Shown one piece after another: positions 16,657 to 25,937 of a DNA stretch of 64,000 bases. Positions within the stretch are counted from its first letter, which is position 1, and the number at the start of each line of letters is the position of its first letter. The stretch comes from a virus (Duplodnaviria > Caudoviricetes). The notes under the pieces are model-generated. The model searched no databases, was not told the DNA's origin, and saw only the letters and a list, made by a program, of their open reading frames with translations. Position numbers and translations under genes: made by a program. The stretch is from IMG/VR virus record IMGVR_UViG_3300042543_000618, positions 12,904-76,903 of that record, one strand, 5' to 3'.

Positions 16657-18858
16657 TTAGTAATACCTAAAAACATCAATCCCGGCATAGCCAGTGCTAT
16701 CGGTGCTTGCCGCTAGGCTGTTGCCGCTACCGTTGAAGGTAAGCACCAAAAACCGATGGTCGCCGTCCTTTTCTAACCCGCAAAAGATCACCAGTTGATA
16801 TGCCTTGCTATTGCTAAGGGTTGGCTTAAATACCCCGATCGCAGTGCCGCTGGCAGTTAGGGTTGCCGCCATGGATCGCGGGTAGGTGGCAACTAGGTTG
16901 GTGACGCTTACCACCTGCCCGGGGCGTAGCCCAGCTAAACCTGCCTCTGGCGTAGAGACAGGGAAAACAACAAAAGGCGCATTGCGGCTAAATAGCCCAC
17001 CCAGGTTAATTTCAGCATTGAGGGTATGGTCTGCCACTGCCAGCGCTTCACTATTGCGCGGCAACCGCCACGCGACACAATGGCCCAGCACTTCGCCGTC
17101 CGGCAATGGGCGGCTAGGGGGGTTAAAGGTAGTGCCACCGCCAAGCGAGTGGGCGATCGCGATCGGGGCTGTCGTCACCCGCGCCCCATTTAGCCAAGTG
17201 CGATCTAAGGTACCGGCATAGGCGGGAGACTTTAGCTGAAATTGCCACTGTTCGCCGGCGGGCGGTGCATGGTAGCACAGGATAGAGTATTCGCTGTTAT
17301 TGGCAAGCCCGGTGATGACCGGCGCATCCTGGCGCGTCGTGGGGGCATTGGTGCCACTAATCCAGGCGATCTCACCCCGGGCGGTACTGGGTAGGGTGAC
17401 GATACCAGAGCCACTGGAGGTAACTGTAAATTTGCGGTAAATCCACTGAATAGCCGCATTATTGCGGTTCATTACCACGATGTAGCTTTCCGCCGCTGCT
17501 GGGTTGGTATAGCCCGCGATGTCTGACTCCCGCACGTTGGCAGGGCTCAGGGCGGTGCCATTTAGGTAGACTTTTTCGATTGCCCCACAGACGGGCAACC
17601 CTGAACCCGCCGGGTAGGAGATGGCGGGGGCTAGGTAAAGCGTTGTGCCGACCGCAGGCGCACCGGCTGTCGTTGCCGTCCAGGTCAGCGCACCGGTGCC
17701 ACCACCGCCGCTAAAGCTACCATTGGCGCTGATATTAGCGCCGGTGCCATCAAAGATGGCATGGCCGCTACTGGCAAAGGTGGCCCCAGTGGGTGAATTG
17801 CCAGCAAAGTTAATGGTCGCCCGGGCCTTAGCTGGGCTGCTGCCATCACTGGTCGTGGTTAGCGCGATCGCGTAGGTGGTCTGAGTGATCGCCTCATTGG
17901 TGAAGGTAATGCGCTGCTCATTGGCCAGCATCGTCGAGCCATTGGGGGAGGTGGTTGCCACCCCTGGCGCTGCCGTATTGCTGCCTACCTGCCCATTGAG
18001 CAGGTTATAAACACCTCTCACCTGGGTTGGTGCGTTCTGCAATGGTTCACCGCGCATCAGCCGGTAAACGCTTTCTTGCAGGCGATCGCGCCAATTGTCC
18101 CACCCGTCGCCCACGTACCGATAGGTGGGCTGTAAGTGAATGTCTGCCTCGAGCGGTTGCTCCGTTGGCCCCCACTGCCAGCCATCAAGGGTGGTTCCCC
18201 GCAGCCGCCATACCCGCAGCAGGTTAATTACCTCCGGCGTGCCATTGATGGCGTAGGTGGTGCCATCTGTCAACGTCGTGTCGCTCAAGTAGAGGCGACT
18301 GGTGCCATAGACCAAGGGCGTTGAGGTGGAGACGGCAATGCTGTTGCCAATAGTGGCAGCGATCGCGGCTGCACTCATCTCCCCCTGGGACACCCAAATG
18401 CCATAGACAGAACGCAGCCGCGCCGTATTTTCACGGGTAACTGATTGCAATAGGTTGCCGCTACGCCATTGAAACGTAAGTGCTACGTTGGCATCTTGGG
18501 CGGTCCCCACCTGTACCGCCATGGCGACTAGGTAAAGGTAGTCGTAGCGGCTAACAACAGCGCCACTGGGTAAGGGTGGCAGTTCTACCGATGTTGACGG
18601 GATACTCGTTAACCCAGGGTGGCTATGGAGCCAGGGCGACAGGGAGGATAGGGTTACCGTCTGGCTGCCACCGGTGAAGGTGGGACGGTTCAACAACCCG
18701 CTGGGGCGCGATCGCCGGGTAGCACTGACATGGCCGCGCATCACATCCTCGGTTGCCGCTAACTCTTCGGCGGTCGGTATCCGGCTATCGGTGTCAGACT
18801 GCTGCCCCAGCCAGAGGATCGCTAGATCCCGGGCATGACGGTAAACATTCAGGCTCAC
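16657..18858 (-). CDS. Baseplate/tail fibre structural protein
   Basis: 733 aa, S/T/G/A-rich, between the wedge and fibre genes. Confidence 0.7.
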   Translation of the reverse strand: MSLNVYRHARDLAILWLGQQSDTDSRIPTAEELAATEDVMRGHVSATRRSRPSGLLNRPTFTGGSQTVTLSSLSPWLHSHPGLTSIPSTSVELPPLPSGAVVSRYDYLYLVAMAVQVGTAQDANVALTFQWRSGNLLQSVTRENTARLRSVYGIWVSQGEMSAAAIAATIGNSIAVSTSTPLVYGTSRLYLSDTTLTDGTTYAINGTPEVINLLRVWRLRGTTLDGWQWGPTEQPLEADIHLQPTYRYVGDGWDNWRDRLQESVYRLMRGEPLQNAPTQVRGVYNLLNGQVGSNTAAPGVATTSPNGSTMLANEQRITFTNEAITQTTYAIALTTTSDGSSPAKARATINFAGNSPTGATFASSGHAIFDGTGANISANGSFSGGGGTGALTWTATTAGAPAVGTTLYLAPAISYPAGSGLPVCGAIEKVYLNGTALSPANVRESDIAGYTNPAAAESYIVVMNRNNAAIQWIYRKFTVTSSGSGIVTLPSTARGEIAWISGTNAPTTRQDAPVITGLANNSEYSILCYHAPPAGEQWQFQLKSPAYAGTLDRTWLNGARVTTAPIAIAHSLGGGTTFNPPSRPLPDGEVLGHCVAWRLPRNSEALAVADHTLNAEINLGGLFSRNAPFVVFPVSTPEAGLAGLRPGQVVSVTNLVATYPRSMAATLTASGTAIGVFKPTLSNSKAYQLVIFCGLEKDGDHRFLVLTFNGSGNSLAASTDSTGYAGIDVFRYY

Positions 18859-20339
18859 GGGCTATACTCCAGCAACAATAAAAAGGCTGTATTCACATCA
18901 GGCGGCACCACCACGTCAACGGTGCGGTAATGAATGCTGCTACGGCTAGGTAGGTTGGGCGTCAAGGCGTCATTATCCTCGCCTGCTGTCAGAAACCATT
19001 GATTTTCAAGCGATACCCGCCATTCGTTTGCACTGCTCGGCAAACTCCAGTCCAGCACTGCGTCATAGTTGGTTTGGTCGTAGCCTAGAAGTAGCTCTAA
19101 CTGCCGGATCGTTGTCCCGGTGCTGGTCTTGGGCAATAGAAATTCCAGCATTAGGTAACGGACACCCGCCTCGATGATTGGTGTCGGCGATCGCTCTTCC
19201 ACGTCGCCATCAGTCCACCATTGCCCCGCCAGGGGTAGGGTAGCGATCGGGTTGGTGATGACGGTCGCTAATGCTTGGCTATTGCCTAGCGCCAACCGCC
19301 ATGGCCCGTAGCCTAGCAGTTCATCAGCGCTGTCATCTGGAAAGGGAGGTGTCGGTAGGGTGATGGTGTCAGCCACCAAATGGGAACAATCGTTATCCTC
19401 ACCCACATAGAAAAAGGGTTGGCCTGGTTGTTGGGTATAGGCTAGGTTGCGCCATAGCTCCGCCAGCCGCAGGCTATGGTTATTCCAATTGGTACGGCAA
19501 ATGAAGCCCAGCACATTACGAGAAAATGGGCTGCTGCTGATGGCGGTCGGGGTGAGCGCGATCGCGGTGATGGTCGTTGGTAGGTCGTAGCTATCGGCAC
19601 TGACGGGTAGGTCCAGGGCATCGGCACTGGCCGGTAGGCTATAGGTGCCTAGCGAAACGCCCACCAATTGCTCTAGCAATAGGTCGGTATCAATTAAGCG
19701 TAGTTCATTGATAAAGGCGGGACGCTGCCAAAAGGGCGCTAATAGGTCCGTGGAGGTGGGGAAACGGGTGTAGTAGTCCCATGGGGGCAGGGCGACTGTC
19801 TCAAGCCCCTGGGCGGTTATAGATGCTTTGTAGTTAATGCCATTGGCAACCCATTTGGTAAATAGGTCTTCCAACCACCACCAATCAATGTCAAACCATG
19901 GATCGGTGGTATCAACGACCAGGGTTAGTTCACCGTAGCGGCTCTTTGAAAAGGCCGTCTCTAGTCGTAGTTCATTGGCGGATAGCCCGCTAAAGTTGGT
20001 TAGCGATAGCTGTAAGCCCTGGCGGGTATTGCGAGACTGGCTAAATTCAAAGCGGTATCGGGTGCGGGCTTGGGCGTCACTCTCTGCACTACGGCGGTTT
20101 AGCCCTAGCCCTAGCAGGTGTAGCGATAGCCAAAAGCCTTCTGCCGTTTGCGGTATCGCCATCGATCGCGCTGAGTCGATGGACTCCCGGGCGCCCGCGA
20201 TCGCGCCACACAATGCCCATACCACTGGGTATAGGGGTCCCTGTCGCTGGTGCAATTGCCGAAACCAGGTGGGCGGTAGGTGCCGCTCAAATTCCTGGAA
20301 GGCGTCTAGTTGGTAGGCAGGGTTAACAGGGGTTGCCAT
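18855..20339 (-). CDS. Baseplate wedge protein (gpI/YmfQ-like N-terminus)
   Basis: TAEGFWLSLH..GLGLNRRSAESDAQARTR motif; downstream of baseplate J. Confidence 0.7.
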   Translation of the reverse strand: MATPVNPAYQLDAFQEFERHLPPTWFRQLHQRQGPLYPVVWALCGAIAGARESIDSARSMAIPQTAEGFWLSLHLLGLGLNRRSAESDAQARTRYRFEFSQSRNTRQGLQLSLTNFSGLSANELRLETAFSKSRYGELTLVVDTTDPWFDIDWWWLEDLFTKWVANGINYKASITAQGLETVALPPWDYYTRFPTSTDLLAPFWQRPAFINELRLIDTDLLLEQLVGVSLGTYSLPASADALDLPVSADSYDLPTTITAIALTPTAISSSPFSRNVLGFICRTNWNNHSLRLAELWRNLAYTQQPGQPFFYVGEDNDCSHLVADTITLPTPPFPDDSADELLGYGPWRLALGNSQALATVITNPIATLPLAGQWWTDGDVEERSPTPIIEAGVRYLMLEFLLPKTSTGTTIRQLELLLGYDQTNYDAVLDWSLPSSANEWRVSLENQWFLTAGEDNDALTPNLPSRSSIHYRTVDVVVPPDVNTAFLLLLEYSP

Positions 20340-20368
20340 AAAAATGGGTTCCGCCAGTGACAGAACCC
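20340..20368 (-). terminator. Intrinsic terminator closing the candidate ncRNA
   Basis: Minus strand GGGTTCTGTC-act-GGCGGAACCC-ATTTTT. Confidence 0.7.
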
Positions 20369-20708
20369 GAAGGAGATAAGGAGCGCAATTTACTGCCTAT
20401 TTTAACGGGGTTCGCGGTGGTTAACCTTGAGAAGTTTTGCCGTCAATAATAGCGGGGGGAGTACGCAGCATTGAGGATCAAGGGATGCGATCTTGGCGTC
20501 CACCACATTGACCGCCCCTCCCGTTTGTAGCCGATAGTGTGTATCCCCTCTAGGGGGCACCGTCGCTAGGCTCGTTGTACCCTGCCCGGTTGGATCTTTA
20601 AGCGGTGTCTGGCTATCAGCGCTGACCGATGTAGATCTCGTTACTGCGTATCTCCCCCCGCCGGAAGCTTTGACTAGGGGGTAGCATCCCCTCGGCCCTT
20701 TCGGCCAT
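20340..20708 (-). ncRNA. Candidate structured non-coding RNA (~370 nt), family unrecognised
   Basis: Own promoter and terminator; long stem 20634-20662 with 20451-20479; several hairpins; no credible long ORF. Confidence 0.6.
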
Positions 20709-20714
20709 GCCTTA

Positions 20715-20743
20715 AATATATCAACCCCTTTTCGTATTGTCAA
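20715..20743 (-). promoter_or_regulatory. Sigma70-type promoter (copy of 908-936)
   Basis: TTGACA-17 nt-TATATT. Confidence 0.75.
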
Positions 20744-20772
20744 CACTTTTCGATAGCAATTTTTCAATAGGG

Positions 20773-21507
20773 TTAGGTATTGGCGCGATCGCGGTACGCG
20801 CGATCGTTTTCGGCATCGAGTTTCATTTGCATTGCCATACGGTAGAGGCCGTTGGGCATACTTTCTAGGTGCTTGACAATATCTTGCGCTTCAGACAATG
20901 AACGCCCTTTAGAAACCAGCATTGAAGTAAAATCTTCGCGAATCTTAGCTTCACGCTTTTCTTCCTCCCGCTGCATCCTTGTTTGCCCTTGAGCGTTAAC
21001 TTTTAGGCGAACATCGTCAAATTTTTTGCCTGCTTTTTCTTTGGCTCTAGTAGCGCAAGTGGTCCCGAGAAAAACAAATTGGTCTCCACCTTCCCCCTGC
21101 CATTCCTGGGTGGTTTCAAAAACTACCGTTCGCCTTAGTCCTGATTTGCCGCAACAAGAGCAAGTGTCAACCTCGTCTGTAATCCCAACTTGAGCAGCCA
21201 AGGATCTAAATAAATTCTTGGTGGTTTTCTTCTCTGTGCCCTCAATGGTCTTTAAGGCATCTTCCTTTTTAATGACTGGGACGATCTCCTTTGGTTTGTC
21301 GGGCTTGTCCTCTCGTTCCCACCTGCTGTTGGCGTTAAGCCGATAGGTAATGCCGTTTTCTACCTTAGTGTCACCCTCGCTCGGTCCGTCAAATAGTCCT
21401 AGCTGTCCTGGCGACACTTGGCGGCGCCGTCCCGCCTTCCTCAAAACAATGCCGCTAGTGGTCACCACCGGGACGTAGGGCACCCCGGCAAGGGTATAAA
21501 TTTTCAT
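20773..21507 (-). CDS. Leader-bearing putative head cargo protein 1 (Zn-finger-like payload)
   Basis: MKIYTLAGVPY...GIVLRKAG...PGQLGLF..EGDTKVENGITYRLNANSRWER; CSCCGKSGLRRTV...GTTCA. Confidence 0.75.
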   Translation of the reverse strand: MKIYTLAGVPYVPVVTTSGIVLRKAGRRRQVSPGQLGLFDGPSEGDTKVENGITYRLNANSRWEREDKPDKPKEIVPVIKKEDALKTIEGTEKKTTKNLFRSLAAQVGITDEVDTCSCCGKSGLRRTVVFETTQEWQGEGGDQFVFLGTTCATRAKEKAGKKFDDVRLKVNAQGQTRMQREEEKREAKIREDFTSMLVSKGRSLSEAQDIVKHLESMPNGLYRMAMQMKLDAENDRAYRDRANT

Positions 21508-21510
21508 GGG

Positions 21511-22866
21511 TTAACCTCGTCTGATAACTTGCGCCGATGCCACCCGAATGATGTAGCCACGCTCCACCGTCACGTTGGTGGCAGGAGAAATTAGCAATAC
21601 CCCACCCGCACCAGGGACGCCTGCTAGGGCACCATAGAGCGCTTCTACCTCTAAGGTTTGGCCCATCCGCAGGGTGCCAACGTAGCTATTGACCGCAGCG
21701 GCTAGGGCGGCCTCCACGGTGCTGGCGGTGTAGCCAGGTTCCAGGGCATAGGACAGGATAAAGGCAACCCGGCTGGTGGTGGGGACGATCACATCAACCC
21801 CAACCCCTGCCGCTACCCATTTGGTTTCTAGCTCCTGCACCGCTTGCCATACCACCCCCGCGTAGATCACCATCTCCAGGCTATTCAAGTTGCCGCCATT
21901 TCCCCGGGCATAGAGGCGATTGTTGCTGGTGTCATAGAACCATCGGTAATTACCCTGGGAGACGGTCACCGCTGAGTCAGACGGGTTCCATTGCTCCCTG
22001 CCGTCGGTGGTTTGGCTAACCACACCAAAGCGCTTGCAGGGCCAGCCCGCCTCAATTAACCCCTGGGGCGTTTGACTGGTCACCACGTAATAGGTGCCGG
22101 GCAAGTCCGTCGTCTGCCAGGTGCCTGAGCGAAATAGGTCGCCGCCGCTGGCATCGGCTAGCACTCCTCGCACGTAGCCGGGTAGGTCCGATCGCCGCTC
22201 GGTAATAAAACTTACCACCGACGGGAATAACGCGGGCTGGCCCAGGATTGCCGCCTCGGTGGCTGGTATAGTGGCCCGGTGCAACATTGCTAAATGCTGG
22301 GGCACCCTGGCCTTAATCGACGCGTCCGCTTCCGGGTCGGCACCACCCACCGCCGGGTCCAGGTTCACCACATTATCGATACCCACAATCGGCGATCGCA
22401 GCGCGTTGATGCTGCCCCCAACCACATTACCCACCGTCCCTGGCTGGCTACAGGTGCAAATTACCAAGGTCGAGCTTTGAGCGATCGCCAGCGTTGCCGA
22501 TGAATTGGTGGTAAAGACAAGCCCACCACTGGTTTGTACCGCCGTCCCCACAGGGATGGTAACCGCGGTTGTTGTCGCCCCGTAGCGTTCAAAGCGCACC
22601 GCCGCCACCGCTGCAATGCCCGCATTGGCGCTCATGCCAAAGCCTGCTACCAATTGCCTGAGCCACTGCCCCTCACTGGTGGCTAGGATGCTCATCCGCA
22701 GCACGTGGGAGAGAAACCCATATAATCCCTCCATCGATAGGCTGAAGGCCACCAGGAGGCGCTTAAATAGCTTGCCGGTAAAGTTGGCACGCCATTGGGG
22801 TGGCAGGAAGGATAGCATCTGGTCCAATACTTCCTGCCAGGTGAGAAACCGTACATTGTCAGCCAT
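21511..22866 (-). CDS. Baseplate J-like protein
   Basis: TIPVGTAVQT...PGTVGNV...NLDPAVGGADPEADASIKAR signature. Confidence 0.88.
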   Translation of the reverse strand: MADNVRFLTWQEVLDQMLSFLPPQWRANFTGKLFKRLLVAFSLSMEGLYGFLSHVLRMSILATSEGQWLRQLVAGFGMSANAGIAAVAAVRFERYGATTTAVTIPVGTAVQTSGGLVFTTNSSATLAIAQSSTLVICTCSQPGTVGNVVGGSINALRSPIVGIDNVVNLDPAVGGADPEADASIKARVPQHLAMLHRATIPATEAAILGQPALFPSVVSFITERRSDLPGYVRGVLADASGGDLFRSGTWQTTDLPGTYYVVTSQTPQGLIEAGWPCKRFGVVSQTTDGREQWNPSDSAVTVSQGNYRWFYDTSNNRLYARGNGGNLNSLEMVIYAGVVWQAVQELETKWVAAGVGVDVIVPTTSRVAFILSYALEPGYTASTVEAALAAAVNSYVGTLRMGQTLEVEALYGALAGVPGAGGVLLISPATNVTVERGYIIRVASAQVIRRG

Positions 22867-22868
22867 AG

Positions 22869-23303
22869 CTATCCCATGAGTTGAAGGGCGATCGGTCCGA
22901 ACTGAAATGCGGCACCGCTAAAGCCAAATACCTCTAGTAGTCCGTAGACGTAGATAGCATTAGGCGTCTGGAAGCTATAGTCGGTCTCCAGTTGTCGCAC
23001 CCTAAAACGGGTTCTAAAGCTAGGGTGTTGGAGTGCATTGAGGGCCGCTAGTCGGGCCATCCCTAGGCTTACCCGTGGGTCAAAGTTGGTGCCAATTAAC
23101 CCCCAGTCGATGCCGTAGGTCGGATCATCCACAAAGCTACCTTTGGGGGTCATAAATAGCCGCTCGATCTCCTCCCGCAGGCTCAGTACCCCCACCCGGT
23201 AGGCTAGGTCCGTCTCCGTGCTACTGGCGATCGCATCGGTTAGCCCGGGCGAAGCATCAAAGGCAATGTCGCTGCCAAAGATCGACTCAATTACATTAGC
23301 CAT
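22869..23303 (-). CDS. Baseplate gp25/GpW-like protein
   Basis: LFMTPKGSFVDDPTYG motif upstream of J. Confidence 0.75.
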   Translation of the reverse strand: MANVIESIFGSDIAFDASPGLTDAIASSTETDLAYRVGVLSLREEIERLFMTPKGSFVDDPTYGIDWGLIGTNFDPRVSLGMARLAALNALQHPSFRTRFRVRQLETDYSFQTPNAIYVYGLLEVFGFSGAAFQFGPIALQLMG

Positions 23304-23625
23304 CGACGGGTAGCTCCGGTAGGGTTAGCAACTGGCCAGGGGTGACAATGTACGGATAGCTAAGCCCATTCGCCGCCGCGATCGCAGTCCATCGGTCGGG
23401 GGAACCGTACACCTTAGCCGCGATCGTGGGGAGCGTTTCAAAGGTGCCTACCTCGTACTGGCGTACACCCTGGCGGGTTGGGCCAACGGTGGGCGAGATG
23501 GGTAGGTTGATGCCTTCATCAAGGGCGACTACCTGCATGGTTAGCTGGTTTACGGCAGCCCGTTGCAAAGGTATATCGGCCATCAAGGCTTCCGGGGAAT
23601 ATTCGCTAGGGAGAAGGAGGGGCAT
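23296..23625 (-). CDS. LysM-domain baseplate protein
   Basis: ETLPTIAAKVYGSPDRWTAIAAANGL...PGQLLTLP. Confidence 0.85.
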   Translation of the reverse strand: MPLLLPSEYSPEALMADIPLQRAAVNQLTMQVVALDEGINLPISPTVGPTRQGVRQYEVGTFETLPTIAAKVYGSPDRWTAIAAANGLSYPYIVTPGQLLTLPELPVDG

Positions 23626-24818
23626 TAGATTTTGACTCCCAAAATGCTAAGCGTCTGCACCGCTGCTGATAGCCCATCTACCGCGGCTGGCGACCATGGC
23701 CCCACCTGCACCCCCGTCTGGCTCAGTACCGCCTGCACGGAGGCGGGGAGGGCCGGATAAACATTTTTTAGTTGCTCAGTCATATTTTGGGTGGCCTGAA
23801 CACCTGAAAATTCAGAGCGCCAATAGAGCCGTTGCCCTAACTCAGGGTCATAGGCGCTCCAGCCCTGCTCCATGGCATTGGCAAGCATCTGGGTTTCCCC
23901 TAGTCCAACGGAGTCCATCACCGTATTGATTAAGGGCGTCACGATCGCGCCTACGTTGCCAGGCAGCAAGCCTAGGGTGGTTCGGATCAATGCTACCTGG
24001 GCGGCGGGGTTCAGGGGGAAGTCGGTACTTTTCTTAAGCGCCTCTTCTACCATTTTGCCCTTGTCGCCAATGGGCGCTTTGGTCGGCCCGATGCCGCCAT
24101 CAGTCCATTCTTCGAGCGGTTGTACTGCGGTGCCTTCAGCCAGGGGTTGATCTACCTGCCAAAATTCATCCTTGAGGATCTTGCACCGAAAGTTAAACCG
24201 AATGCGGTAAGGGTCTTGCACCGATTCATCCCAGGCAAAGCTAAGGATTTCAATGCGATAGCACCGGGGTATAAAGCGACTACCCTTGAGGGTCTTGGCG
24301 ATGCTGCTCTTGTACTGCCGCTTTAGGTCCACCGCCTTTTGTAGTTGCGCCTGGGTTAGCCCGGGGTTGGTGGGCGGCGTTGGGTCAGTCCCTTGGGGGA
24401 GCCCTGCACCAATGCCGCCATCGGTCCATGGGCTACTGGGCGATGCGCCGTCAAACCAAAGCGTATCCTCGTCCGCCATGTCCATGAAGTAGGTATCCGC
24501 CGGGGAGCCATCCTCCTTGGGCGTGCCGTGGTTGCGCCATATCCATTCCAGCTTTTGTAACTCCTTGCGGTAGCCCGCGCCGGTGTCACATTCAATCGTC
24601 AGGTCCGGTAGCATCAACCCATTACGCTGCGGGTCTTCAGAGTACAGAATTTCTCTGAAGTACCCGCCCAGGGTATCAACTACTGAACCCTTACTTTGCT
24701 GTTGCACACGGATCGCCTGGGGGTTTACGCGAAAGTAAACGTCCTTGGTTTCCTTGCCAACGTGCCGAAAGAAAATATGGTTTGCCCTGGCATAACGGGC
24801 GCGATCGCTTTTACTCAC
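23625..24818 (-). CDS. Tail/baseplate protein (tube initiator-like)
   Basis: YFRVNPQAIRVQQ...DTLGG motif; position in the baseplate cluster. Confidence 0.6.
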   Translation of the reverse strand: MSKSDRARYARANHIFFRHVGKETKDVYFRVNPQAIRVQQQSKGSVVDTLGGYFREILYSEDPQRNGLMLPDLTIECDTGAGYRKELQKLEWIWRNHGTPKEDGSPADTYFMDMADEDTLWFDGASPSSPWTDGGIGAGLPQGTDPTPPTNPGLTQAQLQKAVDLKRQYKSSIAKTLKGSRFIPRCYRIEILSFAWDESVQDPYRIRFNFRCKILKDEFWQVDQPLAEGTAVQPLEEWTDGGIGPTKAPIGDKGKMVEEALKKSTDFPLNPAAQVALIRTTLGLLPGNVGAIVTPLINTVMDSVGLGETQMLANAMEQGWSAYDPELGQRLYWRSEFSGVQATQNMTEQLKNVYPALPASVQAVLSQTGVQVGPWSPAAVDGLSAAVQTLSILGVKI

Positions 24819-25213
24819 TCAGCTAACCCTTGCTCCTTAGCCACCTTGATCGCCTGGATTTTCAGAAAGCTATACAACGACATGCTGACGGTGGCGATCT
24901 CGTCCGGGCTGATGCCGTCAAGCACTGCTTTTAGGTAAGGCTCACCATGGCGTAACCCCGTCGCGATCGCAGGGCTTTCGTTGGCAAGCTCTTTTAGCAA
25001 TTGCAGCAGGTAGCCCTTCAGCAATTTACCCTTGAGCCCTAGCGCGTCATAGCGGACGGAGGTCACACCAACGATCTCGTTTGCCTTGTCGGCAAAGCTG
25101 ACGGCGGTGCGGCTAGATGCGATCGCGCTTTTGACGCCATCGGCAATGACAGCGCGAAATTCATCGGTATCGATGACGGTCTTGAGTAGTCCGATCAGGA
25201 ATGGCTTGAGCAT
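24815..25213 (-). CDS. Hypothetical protein
   Basis: 132 aa ORF with GAGG RBS. Confidence 0.65.
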   Translation of the reverse strand: MLKPFLIGLLKTVIDTDEFRAVIADGVKSAIASSRTAVSFADKANEIVGVTSVRYDALGLKGKLLKGYLLQLLKELANESPAIATGLRHGEPYLKAVLDGISPDEIATVSMSLYSFLKIQAIKVAKEQGLAE

Positions 25214-25263
25214 GGAATACCTCGGCTATAGTAGGGTCAGCATGATTGGAAAAGAGGACAGTG

Positions 25264-25288
25264 GCCCGGCTAAACGCTGGGCTTTTTT
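25264..25288 (+). terminator. Hairpin plus U-tract oriented on the plus (antisense) strand
   Basis: GCCCGGC-taaac-GCTGGGC-TTTTTT. Confidence 0.5.
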
Positions 25289-25937
25289 ATTGATTAGAAC
25301 CCGTCAGCCGATCGCCGCGACTATCCGGCGCACCAACCACCGCTATTTCCTTGCCGTTGATCGCCTGCCCTGCCTCAGTAAAGCTGGTCTGGCCATTGAC
25401 GGTAATGGTAGGCGTATTGATTACTAAGGCACTCCCGTCCAGAGTAATGGTGCCATCGGCGGCCAGGGTAATTTGGGCGGCGGGGTTACCCACCGGGCCA
25501 GTGCTTAGCACCCAGCTACCATCGCCCAGCGATCGCGCCCATGCGCCGGAGGGTAGCAATAGGTCGAAGCGGTCCTCGATGGATTCGCCCTGCTCCTCAG
25601 CCGCGATCGCCGGTCCTTGGCTACCAAGAATACCTTTGGCAAAGCCCGTCACTACGGCGGCGCCGTCTAGGTACTCCACCTTGGCTAGGTCGCCCTGCTG
25701 CACCGGGAAGGTTACCCCCCACCGTGGCCCCTGGTCGCTACTGCCCCAGGCACCTGGGTTAACCGGTTGGGTAAGCTGCAATGGGACGCGCTTTTGGTCC
25801 TGCCAATTGCCGCCCCAGGCTAGGATAGGCACGTCGTAGATAATTCCTGACTGACATTGGCTAGCAGGCGCTAGCACACAGGTCTGAGCGATCGGGTCAT
25901 AGGTTAATACCCGATACCAGCGACTTAGCTCTTGCAT
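25287..25937 (-). CDS. Baseplate spike (gpV-like)
   Basis: OB-fold-like N-terminus, beta-helix ITLAADGTITL, C-terminal IAVVGAPDSRGD. Confidence 0.7.
   Translation of the reverse strand: MQELSRWYRVLTYDPIAQTCVLAPASQCQSGIIYDVPILAWGGNWQDQKRVPLQLTQPVNPGAWGSSDQGPRWGVTFPVQQGDLAKVEYLDGAAVVTGFAKGILGSQGPAIAAEEQGESIEDRFDLLLPSGAWARSLGDGSWVLSTGPVGNPAAQITLAADGTITLDGSALVINTPTITVNGQTSFTEAGQAINGKEIAVVGAPDSRGDRLTGSNQ

Noticed and set aside
20340-20708. tRNA, tmRNA, RNase P or hammerhead identity for the structured region
   Set aside because: No cloverleaf or T-loop with CCA end, no GAGGAAAGUCC, and no complete CUGAnGA/GAAA core
20402-20767. 121-aa minus-strand ORF from the track
   Set aside because: It starts upstream of and runs through the consensus promoter, has no recognisable motif, and the region is better explained as structured RNA
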